From: Glycera tridactyla
Lineage: Eukaryota
DNA length: 64,000 nucleotides
Reading direction: 5' to 3'
Assembly: GCA_965644265.1 (NCBI GenBank)
Contig: OZ286462.1
Span: 24,738,001-24,802,000, forward strand
Made by a program: the position numbers and the translations under genes. Below, piece after piece: positions 23,781 to 35,848 of this stretch. How positions within the stretch are numbered: the first letter of the stretch is position 1; every line of letters starts with the position of its first letter. The notes beneath the pieces were generated by a model. The model searched no databases and was not told the origin of the DNA. It saw nothing but the letters and a program-made list of their open reading frames with translations.

Positions 23781-25370
23781 TTAGAGATATTTGACGATGC
23801 GGGTGATTTATCGATCTGAATATATCATAATCATCGCAGGAAGACAAATCTTATCTTGCATTCACAGAAATGTCCATGGTAATGATAGGAACAGGAAGTG
23901 GAAGTCACCTCAGTGCAAGTGCCACCTTCTGCAAATATAGGGAAACACTCTGATGGAGATATCTGGAGTTAAATTATCTCACCCTCTATAGAAAAGTGCT
24001 CATCCATACCTGTGTGAAGTGGTGGAAAACAGAACTTCAACTTAGGTACCGCTTCGTAGAGGAAACCTCTTTGTGAGATTCTTTAGCTTTGTCTGATGGT
24101 GCAGCCGCAAGATGAACAGTGAAATCTGTTCACTCTGGTCATCCATCTGACGGAGGCCTCATTCACCATTGATCGCGATCTCATACCTACTGGCTATTCG
24201 AGGAAGAAAAAGGTTCCTGCCAGACTCCAGATCGCGGGTTTTCTATTTGCTTCACATCTCTGCCAGTATGTGTTGTCGTTGCAGGCAGGGTAGTGGTGAC
24301 GACGATGACGTCGATGGCGGTGATGAATGGATCGGTGTTTCATAACCAGAGCCACAATGAATGACTTTGTTGATTTCCAAGCAAAAGTAGACCCCCTTTT
24401 CAAGCACCCCACATAGCCTGTCACTGATTCTGTGTGTCCAATCCTCATTACGTTGCAAAGATTTGTTGATAAATTGTAGATAACAGATGGAAGGTGTCTG
24501 GCAACATTAGCTATACGCTGTTTTTTTAGCGACAATGCGCCAGATAGCAACGGACCTCTGAATTACCGGCAATTCTATAGTTGAAATTGGATTAAAATGA
24601 CCTACTGGTAACTTTATTGACTCTCATAACATTGTAATCATCAGTCACCTTGGTCCTTCCAGTGATGAACATGGGAAAGATTTGCCAATAACATGCATTC
24701 ATACAGTTTATAATTCATACATGGAAATATAGTGTTATACAGTCAGGTACCTTTGATAAGTTCGCCCGACTTTCCAATGATATTCTTCCGGCGCATATTC
24801 AAGCTTGAACCTTTCTCACCACTCGGCGTAGCGCACAGCATGAACGCCGAGTAGACAGCATCAGCTGGGGACTCTAGATCATAACCCACTGCCTATAGAC
24901 ATTAACAGCAGATCAGTGGGGTGCCTGTTGGTTGGGATGATACCTGGTGGCAACCAGATGACTGATACCATCATTCGATAACAATTCATGACTCAGATCA
25001 ATAAAACTTGCATATTTTCCAAACGCATGAAAGTAAATGATCGATACATGTTACATGGTCATCAACTAAGATTCGAACGAACAATTTTTGTGAGTCAGAG
25101 GCTGAATTAGATTATTTTCTAGGGACAGTACTTCGAGCAACTGAAGTGTGTGATGGAATTTTTACACTTATTAGAGATATTTGATGATGAAGGTGATCTA
25201 TCGATCTGAGTATATCATAATCATCGCAAGAAGACAATTGAAATTTTACCTTGCATTCAAAGAGATTTCCATGGTAATGATAGGAATAGGAAGTGGAAGT
25301 CACCTCAGCGCAAGTGCCACCTTCTGCCAACATAGGGTCATCCATCTGACGGGAGCCTCATTCACCATTG
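23781..25370. repeat. Local diverged duplication: 23781-24175 versus 25171-25370, the latter lacking about 190 bp
   Basis: Shared blocks ttagagatatttga..tcgatctga.tatatcataatcatcgca, ccatggtaatgatagga..ggaagtggaagtcacctcag.gcaagtgccaccttctg and ggtcatccatctgacgg..gcctcattcaccattg. Confidence 0.85.
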
Positions 25371-25837
25371 TGAAGATAACCACGACGTTTAGAACAGTGG
25401 TGAGTACCCATACCTCACAGTTTCACAGAGAAATGAAGAAGAAATGAAGCTTCTGTAGTGGCTGCAAATGTCTATGTAGGTTAAAACAATACCAGGGATT
25501 TCAGGTGAGATGGGGGATAATTTCAATTAATTTAGTTGAAGAGAATAAGAAAATCAAATCGGATGGATCAAATTACGAGAGTGGCATTCTCGGTTCTCTT
25601 GGAACAATCAATGCTTTTCGAATATGATTTCAAGTTCCTTTCATTAAACACGAAGTTAATCTTCACTGGAATTCCGGGAAGTTTGTTCCAGACTTCTTGG
25701 ATCGAGGTATTCAAAGTTACTCTTAGCCCTTTTGGCCTTTAAAGATGGAGATTTTAACTGGTTTTGACTCGTTCACACTATTTCTACTTACATGCATATA
25801 CACAATGTACAAGTGAAAGTACCATCGACATTCAGTA

Positions 25838-25910
25838 CAGTCGAACCTGTCTATGAAGACCACCCTCGGTTGAATAAAAAAGTGGCCTCTATAGAGAGTA
25901 GGTTCGACGG
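25838..25910. mobile_element. Short, internally deleted pogo-type MITE
   Basis: TA-CAGTCGAACC ... GGTTCGACGG-TA. Confidence 0.75.
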
Positions 25911-26249
25911 TATTTTGGTGTGGCTTGTCTGTGAAATTGCGAGGTTTCTTTTTCAAGATCTGTACACATATCATTGACAGTTGTGTGCTTGCCTTGCTCA
26001 AGGATTGATGAACGAATGTCTACTCCTGATCTCAGTCAGTGGATAATGTAGTGGTTTTGTTGTTGTCAACCTGGATACACTTTAGTCATATGTACTCTGT
26101 CTCTTCAACATAAAAGCAGATTTCTTTGTTATTGGCGCACTGATTTGAGTCAAACTCACAGAGAATCAGAAGTCGGTATGATGCTGTTCCGTTCACCATG
26201 ATGACCGGGTGTATGATCTTGGTAGACAAACCAATCTTGGTACAGCGTT

Positions 26250-26677
26250 CATGCATTGAAGTGTATGTGGTTCGATTGCCAGTGATGTACAGGTAAGGCC
26301 ATGAGATGCTCGTGCATTGAAGTGTATGTGGTTCGATTGCCAGTGATGTACAGGTAAGGCCATGAGATGCTCGTGCATCGAAGTGTATGTGGTTCGATTG
26401 CCAGTGATGTACAGGTAAGGCCATGAGATGCTCATGCATTGAAGTGTATGTGGTTCAATTGCCAGTGATGCACAGGTAAGGCCATGAGATGCTCATGCAT
26501 TGAAGTGTATGTGGTTCGATTGCCAGTGATACACAGGTAAGGCCATGAGATGCTCATGCATTGAAGTGTATGTGGTTCGATTGCCAGTGATGTACAGGTA
26601 AGGCCATGAGATGCTCATGCATTGAAGTGTATGTGGTTCGATTGCCAGTGATGTACAGGTAAGGCCATGAGATGCTC
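26250..26677. repeat. 61-bp minisatellite, 7 copies
   Basis: The unit catgcattgaagtgtatgtggttcgattgccagtgatgtacaggtaaggccatgagatgct is repeated head-to-tail with few substitutions. Confidence 0.97.
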
Positions 26678-26864
26678 ACGAAGGTCAATAAGAACCAATC
26701 CACTGGTTCCCTAAGATCTATCAGTACTTTATTGTATGCAAAATAAAGAGTACGCTATCTGAATATATCTGCTTATTCATACAGAGATATGTAACGTTAT
26801 ATCTATGTCATATTAGATCAGCTGAAATATATGAAATTTTCTACTGGGTCACTTTCACCGCATC

Positions 26865-27030
26865 CTCATGTCGTTCATCTCGCCTCATCTACATTTGTAT
26901 ATATCATCCCCGCTCATCATCGAATCGTATCTGATATATGTTGTATTATTTGTTCGTCATCCTGAAGAACACTGTTGCGTCTAATTGTATTTGACAAAGA
27001 AAAATAAAGAGCTAAAACAAAACAAATACC
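26865..27030 (+). mobile_element. Isolated 3' end of a CR1/L2-type element related to the 5980-7666 LINE tail
   Basis: cgtcatcctgaagaac...taattgtattt..aataaagagctaaaacaaaacaaa parallels cgtcaccctgaaaaag...taattgtatt..aataaagagttaaatcaaatc at 7589-7665. Confidence 0.6.
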
Positions 27031-29812
27031 TTTCAAAATTAAGAATGATTTGGATGAAAGCGATACCGAATGGTCCTGGTAATACCATATTGCTTCAAAG
27101 CTGTATAGCTGGCATGCTGGTGAAAATGTTTTGAGCCCAACTTGTGATCTCGCCGCGGTCGTGATTACTTCAGACGTGAGAATAGATTATTGGATGGCTC
27201 GTTTTCGCTTGACGTCGAGATAGATAAAATTGTTTTTAAAATCGTGAAATGATATGACATTCGTCATGGAAGGGACTGATTTTTTATTTATTTTTTTTGG
27301 GGGGGGGGGAGGGTGGAGAGTGTTTTAAATATCTTCTCACACTGTTTCCATGGGCGTTCTGTCATTTGCTAATACGTAACGTATGCAAATTCATCTTCTG
27401 TTCGGATTTGATCTACCGAATGGCAATTCACATGATGTCGATAGTACATAATTCTACGAAGAAAATACAACAAAAATCGTCGTTTTGGGGGGCAAGAGAA
27501 TGAGAGTCTGATCATATCTCCTCTTTCGGTGTATCATGGCATTTTCGAGAATATATCTTGAAGGTGCATTTATCTGGTACAATTATGCTGAGAAAGGAGG
27601 CTGGTCTCCTTATGCAAATAATGTCGAGACAGGCTCCTTGTGCGATCAACAAATGTGTGTAGTAGTGAACCCACCTTGAGCACCTAGTGGAACAGCAATG
27701 ATTGACATGTTTATGCAGGGATATATATGCTGTGGCAGAGTNNNNNNNNNNNNNNNNNNNNNNNNNNNNNNNNNNNNNNNNNNNNNNNNNNNNNNNNNNN
27801 NNNNNNNNNNNNNNNNNNNNNNNNNNNNNNNNNNNNNNNNNNNNNNNNNNNNNNNNNNNNNNNNNNNNNNNNGCACCATGTTGGAGTTCCGTCACTTCCA
27901 CCAAGTTGGGCCACACACGGACCGGACCATCTCTCCTTCTACCGCTCAACGTTCACCGGTACTCCTCCCGTGAGTTTGGGTGAAATTATGTCAACTTAAA
28001 GATAATGTTTATCTTGAATCTGCGCTGAATTGGACGAGGTTCACTGTACCTCTACACAATACTAATCCCTCATTCGGTTAAACGTGCTACTCACTCACTG
28101 TATGAAATATCTCATGAACTGAAACTTTGTGCGCAGGCTATATCGATACACTATCCTGACATGACATTAAACTCACATACCCTTACTCCATCCTGTAACA
28201 GACCGCTCATTGCATGCAAAATACCTTAGTGAGATACATAAATCCTTGTGAAACGTCTTCATAAATATCCAGTATTGAAGATGGAGAGTGACTGTGATCA
28301 CTCTCCACGTCAACGGTGTCGGGATTGGTCAGTTATATATACGTGCGATGTTGGTGTTTATAAACTTGCACTGCCTGCATATGTGAGGAGCCATAGTCAG
28401 CAACATGAACCACATTCTTCTTCAGACAACCAATAGACGATCTGATAGAGTACGATCCAGATCTTCTCAATAGTCGATATGTGAAGATTGGAGTAGAACA
28501 AGTAATGACATTCCATCAAATATCCAGGTACTCTCGGCACTTCTGATTGGCCTTTGATTATACACTCAATCTATTAATTATACACTCAATCTATCAATTG
28601 GAACATATTGGAATGATTGCCAAAAGGCACATGGATTCATATATCACATTCCTGATGTAGTAATAGGGACCAAAGTCGAAATTCACCTTAGTGCAAGTGC
28701 CGTCCTGTGTCAATACATTGAAATACGGTACATTGGTATTCAGATATTCATAGTTGGACAGCCTGACACAATAGTGATGATAGATATACCGACTGGTGAT
28801 GGTTATCCAAAACCGTTACATTCTTTATTCGACCCGGCTTGTTACGTATTAACTGACAGTTTGTATCTTTAATTATCTGACAGAAGAGAAATTATGACTA
28901 ACAGTTATTAGAACAGATGTCAATTATTGGCAGCCTAATAAAGATATCGACAATGTTTATGAAGGCATCCACAGCATGACAGGCCATGTTCTGCTTATGG
29001 AAATTGAGATTGGCATCACCATTTGCCTCGCATAACACATCATATTTTCATTAACACAGATATTGTGAGCATGTAAATGATAACCATACCATGTGATCTG
29101 ACTTCATGGACAATTCATGGCCATGTGTTAGATTTGTCCCTCTGGACAGGAGGTCTTCACAGGTAGTTCCCGATAACATTTCTGTAAAAGGTGTGTGTCA
29201 GTCCCGTGACCAATCAGGACAAATGGTCCCTCAGATGATAGGATCTTCCAAGTCAATTCAACAGCATCCCAATCTCTTTATTGCAACATTTAAAATTTGC
29301 CCTGGATCTCCCACACATTTGTTCGATATAGATTAAGATTTCTTGTGGCTTGGATTTCTACAAGGTATCTAGAATGATGCCAATACAAAAGTTAGCTGAT
29401 AGGCCTACCTTCTCTTGCAGCAACTACCAACTCCAACAGAATATTCCATAAAGTATTTCATCACCTGTTTGTCAGTGATTTTCTTCATCTGAATGGCTTC
29501 AGTTTCCAGCTATAAAGATAATCTAATTGTTGGTGCTTTGGTGTGGACATAATTGATTCTGATAAATCATATGTTTTTTGAATTGGACAGCTCTTCTGCC
29601 CTGCTGAGATACCCGAAGCTACTGCCTCTTTACTGTAGAAGTTGTTTCGGAATCCCACCACAATGAAGTTTGTTTTCGTGTGTCTAACATCCTCTTTGGG
29701 TCATATAGGACTGAATATTGAAAATGCTAAGGAAAGAAGGCACCGCTGCTGGGGGCCAATCCTTTACTCTCGGCAATGGACAGCTCTGGTCCCGATTCCA
29801 TGCATACAGGAA

Positions 29813-29986
29813 CAGTCGAACCTCTAAAGACCGCCCTCGGTCGCACCAAAAAGTGGCCTTTATAGGGAGGTGGTCTTTATAGAGAGGTCATTTACTGTAG
29901 AAAATACTTCCAAGGTCGCAGTTAAGGGCAGTCTTTATAGGGAGGTGGTCTTTATAGAGAGGTGGTCTTTAGAGGAGGTTCGACTG
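29813..29986. mobile_element. Intact pogo/Tc1-mariner-type MITE
   Basis: TIRs CAGTCGAACCTC / GAGGTTCGACTG, TA on the right flank, and repeated internal gaggtggtctttatag motifs. Confidence 0.88.
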
Positions 29987-32134
29987 TATACGCTCATCCT
30001 ACGGCTGGTCATTGATACCCAAGTTGGCACCACAATAAAGCTATGGTACCAGTGAGATAAACCATGATACATCATTACAGAGCATGACCTCACAGTAACC
30101 AAGACCAATGCTCACTTTGGCACAAAGATGGAGAGATACAACCTTCAGCCACCTACCCTGTTGAAAGTTGAGAAGTGATGATGCTTACTCCCATATGGTG
30201 CATCATCCTTGACCTGGGATCGAACTCCATATCTTCTTGTCAGGCATTGATGATTCCAGCATGTCTTTTTCAGCACCCTTGCAAGTGTCGGAACTTGATA
30301 TATACGTAATGAAGATTTGCTATCCACCTGGTGTTAATGCTATTCCCAGCAATGAAAGGTCCTGACAGCTGTTCTTTTCTATCAAGAAAGCTTTGATATT
30401 TGTATATGTAGTCAGTTTTGAATTCATATCTGTTATATGGTGTGGTTTCCTCCTCATGGAGAATTCAATTGGGGGAAATCTGCTCAGCTATTGTGAATTG
30501 GTCGTGGTGGTTGGAATAGTGAGTCGATTATCCATGAGTAAATTGCATAGTTTGAATGGCATGATTATCACTAGTTCTATAAAATATTCACTGGTCCAGA
30601 GCAATATTTTTCTAATCCTCAGCTATGATATGATAATGACCGTGTCCAGTTGGCTTTGGCTTCAAATTAATCCTTCATCTAGTCCTCGCCAATATAAATA
30701 CACACATCTACAGCACTTACTTTGTCAAGCCAGTACCATCTTACCACTTGTTCCAAAATACAGTTACGAGTGTACAGCTAGCAGATACAAGCTGTTTCTG
30801 AAACATATTTTCATCATGGCAAATACCACTAGTTGCAAGTATTCATCACCTGTCAATATGTCATCATGGATAATGACTACATCATGCTCCATCTGGCTTA
30901 GACAAACTGCGAAGCTCCAGTTGTAATGTATATGGAAAATATAGTAGTGGTTATTTCATCATCAAGATACTTAAATTCTAGGGACTTATAAATATGTCAA
31001 ATTTTGTGTCCTTTCGAGTCCTGAGGATGTGTCTTTTTGTAAGTGCTCTAGTGATTATTGTTTGGTAGGAGGTATTTAGATGATGGTTAGAAAATTGTTT
31101 GCTTAAGGCTCAATTCGATGATGTTTTGAGGCTAGTTCCGAATAAAATAGTGTTGGTTGTGGTATAGTAGCATGGCATTTTCATGACTTTGTAATCAAGG
31201 TTTAGTTGTTTGAAGATTTGATGATGATTTTGTATAAAAGGATGTGTATGTTTCATATGGATGGAAACAATCAGCCTCGCCAATCATGGCTACCACCAAT
31301 ATCTTCTCAAGACTTAGAATACCAGCCATACTAGCAGCTCATTGCCTTTATTCCATCAGGTAGTAAACATATATTAGTCGGCTAATAGGACTGTACCGAA
31401 ACTGTCAAGTGAGTGTCTTGATTATGTGAATGAAAGATATCCATTCAAGATGTATTGATTAGTGAAGGTATAATATCCAACAAATGATTGATGAGTCATA
31501 TTGGACTGATTGTGCAGAAGAAGAAAGGCACTTACATCAGGGATAATCTCCTACTCGCTGCTAAGAATGATGGTGAATATTTCATGAGCTTGTGAGCATA
31601 GACCCTTCAATTGCTCAATCAGCATGGAAAGAAGAACTTGCAATCAGCTGAAACAAGATATAATAAACCAGAGTGTCATAAAGATTATAATCTGATAAAA
31701 CTGAAAATGTTTCAAACAACATGAAATTTGGAATAAATGCCTAAAGCCTCAACAATCCATTTGTTTTTCATCTATAATGAATGGTTGGCAAATCATAAAA
31801 TATTCACTACAACGATGAGAAACTGCAACATCCATGAGATAAAAATGTGTGGGATATTGTGAGAAAAATATCTATGGCGGGGCATATAGTGATGAGGTTA
31901 AAGAAAAAAAGTACGTGCCACACATGTGGTGGTAATCGTCATAATGGACTCGTTGGCTGCTGACATAAATTGGTAGATTTGACCAGCTTCACCATAGCAG
32001 AAGCTGCATTATCACAGTATCTGGGTTTATCGTCCTAAGTGTTGGCCTGGTTTCAACCATCCAAGCATGATCTTGCACAACATGTTCCGTAATACCGCAA
32101 CAGTTCTGGGTCCTTTCCATAGATGTCCTCTGTT

Positions 32135-32214
32135 ACAAGAAGCTGTCACAGACAGTGTATCCCTCGACATAGGTGCTTTTTCACAAAGGGCAATAACTCC
32201 ATGTTTGCATGCAT

Positions 32215-32265
<51 letters not shown>

Positions 32266-32900
32266 GAAAGAGTTGGGTTCAAAGTTTGTGTTTGAATAGA
32301 AGAGTCTCCAGACGTAATCAATGCAGGTCAATGAATGGCTTCAGAATAGTTGTATAGGTCTCACATAACACAAACACTGTATGAACAAAAGAACTAGTCA
32401 GTATTATATAGAAGCTGACCTATTAATGAAGGCAAAGCTGAAAGAGGTGTCGTTCATTCAGGGGGCTGTGGCACAATACATACAGAGCTAATGTGCCAAA
32501 ATATGCCAGAAACTGAATGTAAAATCCATGACCAGGCAATAACTCCTTCAAAAATTATTCAATCACAAATCCCTGACAGTATGCAGTGCAGAACCTTATG
32601 ATGATCATTCTGTGAAAATTTGGTGAAAAATGCATGTGAAATGAAGGAGAAGTTGCGCAGCCAATAATGCACATGTAATATTCAAAAAAGGGCAATAACA
32701 TCTCAAAAAATAATCTGATCATGGAACCCTGACAATATGCACTGCATATCCTCATGATGATCATTCTGTGAAAGTTTGGCGAGAATCTCATATAAAATGA
32801 ATGAGGAGTTGCACAGCCAAGAAAGTTTGACGGACGGACAGACGGACCGACAGACGGCCGCTATTTTAATATCCCTACGCCTTTCAGCAAGGGATGATAA
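32135..32900 (+). mobile_element. Non-autonomous HINE/DINE-1-like repeat, family alpha
   Basis: Starts acaagaagctgtcacagacagtgtatccctcg. It contains (CA)n, internal tandem gggcaataac and aaatttggtgaaaa modules, and (GACG/GACA)n, and ends in a 3' hairpin atccct...agggat. Homologous to 45852 and 49948-50640. The class assignment is inference. Confidence 0.6.
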
Positions 32901-33086
32901 AGGAGGCATCCAGTAGAATATGCCACTGATGTCCTGTCTCTGTACACCAATATCCAGTTTGTGAAGAAATGACACACTCTTCCACACGAAAAATCTCCCA
33001 TATCTCACCTTTGGGTATGGTAGAGCAACTCTTCCATCGGACATACCACCATTGCAGTGTAGCGAATTCAAACATGGTCAACTCAA

Positions 33087-35848
33087 TTGTATTTTGTTCT
33101 TTTTCTCGGGGACTCCAACGTTGATCTTCTTAAGAAGAATAGACCATCAGAAATATTAAGGAATTTCATGAAAGAAAATAATTTAACTCAAGAAATTAAA
33201 TGTCCAACCAGAGTAACCAACAAGACAAAAACCTTAATTGACCACGTTATGGTAAATAACCACGCCCTCTACCACAGGTCAGGGCAAATCGACATTGGAG
33301 TCTCCGATCACTCCCTGATTTTCACTATTAGGAAGAAGGTTAGAATTTCGAGAAAGGGTCATTATATACACCTACGTGATTTCCGGAATGCTGATTATAA
33401 TAAAATAAATGACGAAATAAATAATATTAACTGGCACGCTGTGTTAAACGGTGTATCAGTAGATCAAGCAGTTGAAATTATGTATTCTAACCTCCAACCT
33501 ATTGTCGATAAACATGTTCCGATTAAAAGAGTGAAAGTCAGGGAAAATGCGCCTGGATGGATGAATGGAGAGTACCACTGTATCATTGATGAAAGAGAAA
33601 AGGCTAGCGAACAGAAACGACGAAATCCCACAGTAGAGAATTGTAATATAAAAAAACGGATCCAAAAAGAAGCCAAGAAAATGAAAACTCAGCTACAGCG
33701 AAATTTCATTAAATCAAAATTAAACGAAAGTCAAGACGATCCTAAGAAACTTTGGAAGACAATACGTAAATTCTGGCCCTCAAATAAATCGAAGACATCA
33801 ATAGATAAGATCAACGGCAAATCTGATGAACTAGAGATTTCAAATGAACTAAACAACTTCTTCAGCAACATCGGTGAATCATTATCGTCAAAAATAAAAA
33901 ACGTGGATTTGGATCCTATTGCTCAGACTCGTCACAACCTTATAAATACCTTTTCACTGTCAGAAATCGACATGGGTACTCTCCAGGACATCATAAATGA
34001 TATCAATGTAAATAAGTCTGGTATGGATGACATTCTCTCCAATAAGTTTCTGAAGGAAATTGCGATCTCTATTTGCACCCCCTTACATCAAATTATTAAT
34101 TTAAGCATAAGAACGGGAATATTCCCCTCGGCATGGAAGCAAGCAACTATTATACCCCTGTTTAAGGAGGGCAAAAAAACGGACCCTGCAAATTACAGAC
34201 CAATAAGCCTTCTGATACCGGCTAGTAAACTATTGGAGAGAGTGGTGCAAAATCAGATATCATCTTATTTCGAACGTGAGTGTCTACTGTGTCTAGAACA
34301 ATCGGGTTTTAGGAAACTTCACTCCACTGGTACCTGTTTAATAGACTTTTTGAATGATATCTACCAGGCCATGGATCAAGGAAAAGCCAGTGGAGTGATC
34401 TTCCTAGACCTGAAAAAAGCTTTTGACACGGTGGATTCTGCTTCGAAAGCTGGGCAAATACGGATGCGATAGTTTGACGATAGATTGGTTTGAAAGCTAC
34501 TTGACTCATCGAAAATGTATGACTCAGGTGAATGGTGTTGTATCAGGTCAGATGCCAATCGGCTGTGGGGTCCCACAAGGTTCCATATTGGGTCCATGCC
34601 TTTTCACGATTTATATTAATGATCTCCCAAATTTTCTAAACATGACTAAAACAAACCTCTATGCAGACGACACTGCAATATCGATCAGTAGTTCAAATAG
34701 AATAGAATTGGAAACAAAACTAAATGAAAGTCTTTGCAAAGTTTCAGATTGGCTTGCAGCAAATAGATTGTCTTTAAATGCAAAAAAGACAAAAGTAGTG
34801 ATATTTGGAACAAGAAATATGATTAACAAATGTTCAGATATTAAAGTTAGCATCGATGGGATTGATATTGAAATAGTAAATGAAATGAAATATTTGGGTC
34901 TCATACTAGATTCGCATCTGACTTTCAACCAACATACACAATACTTACGCAAAAAGACCATTGGCAAGATCGGGTTCTTAAGCCGCTTGAGACCTATTAT
35001 TGATCAACAGACAGCTATGATGCTATACAAGAGCCTGATTTTGCCGATCATAGATTATTGCGACTATATCTACTATGGCACATCAGAGAAGAATATTCTA
35101 GATGTACAACGGTTGCAAAACCATGCACTGAAGGTAGTTGCTCGTAAACCGAAGCGCACCAATACTGCTGAATTGCATCAAGAGATGAACATGCCTCTCT
35201 TAAGAGAGCAACAAAATCAACATATTCTTCTCCAAACTTGCCATATGTTAGATGAAAATGCCCCCATAAATCACAAGGAATTCTGCAAAAGGCTGACTGG
35301 ACAACATGAATATCAAACAAGATCAAGAGAAAAGACACTCTTGGAAAAGCCCACAGTGAAATTGAAAACTTGTGAAAGAAACTTTACTTTCCGATCAGCA
35401 ACAATATGGAATAATTTCTGTAATGATTTTCCAGATTTCGATTTTGCACCTTTCCTTGAATTTAAAAGTAATCTGAAACAGTTTTTGCATATTGCGAACG
35501 AGTAGACACTGAAATCGATGCCACCAGCCCCGAAACCCAAGAAGAGGGAGAATTTTGTTTCCCCCTTTCTCCATGCGGCTGAATATCGTATCCAGTAAAT
35601 AGTGAATAACTACAAATAGAAACCTATATATTCATTCATTTTCTGCACACAATAGATCTTAATCGTTGAATGATATACCTGAATACTGTGACATTGAGAT
35701 ATATATTATAACTACCTATCATTTGTGCTGTTACTACTAACACCGACATCTTTCTTAACGAGTTACTGGAGAAGGCTGCTTCCGGCAGTTAACTGTATAT
35801 TTTCGTTATAAAATAAAGATTTATCTATCTATCTATCTATCTATTTAT
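33087..35848 (+). mobile_element. 5'-truncated CR1/L2-clade LINE (end of APE endonuclease plus RT), one frameshift near 34440, (TATC)n tail
   Basis: EN motifs LGDSNVDL, PTRVT...LIDH and SDHSL. RT motifs NYRPISLL, QSGFRKLHST, FLDLKKAFDTVD, GVPQGSILGP, LYADDT and KYLGLILD. aaataaag is followed by (tatc)n at 35822-35846. Confidence 0.95.

Noticed and set aside
26250-26677. 61-bp array or 298-bp array as a CRISPR locus
   Set aside because: There are no unique spacers or cas genes, and the context is eukaryotic.
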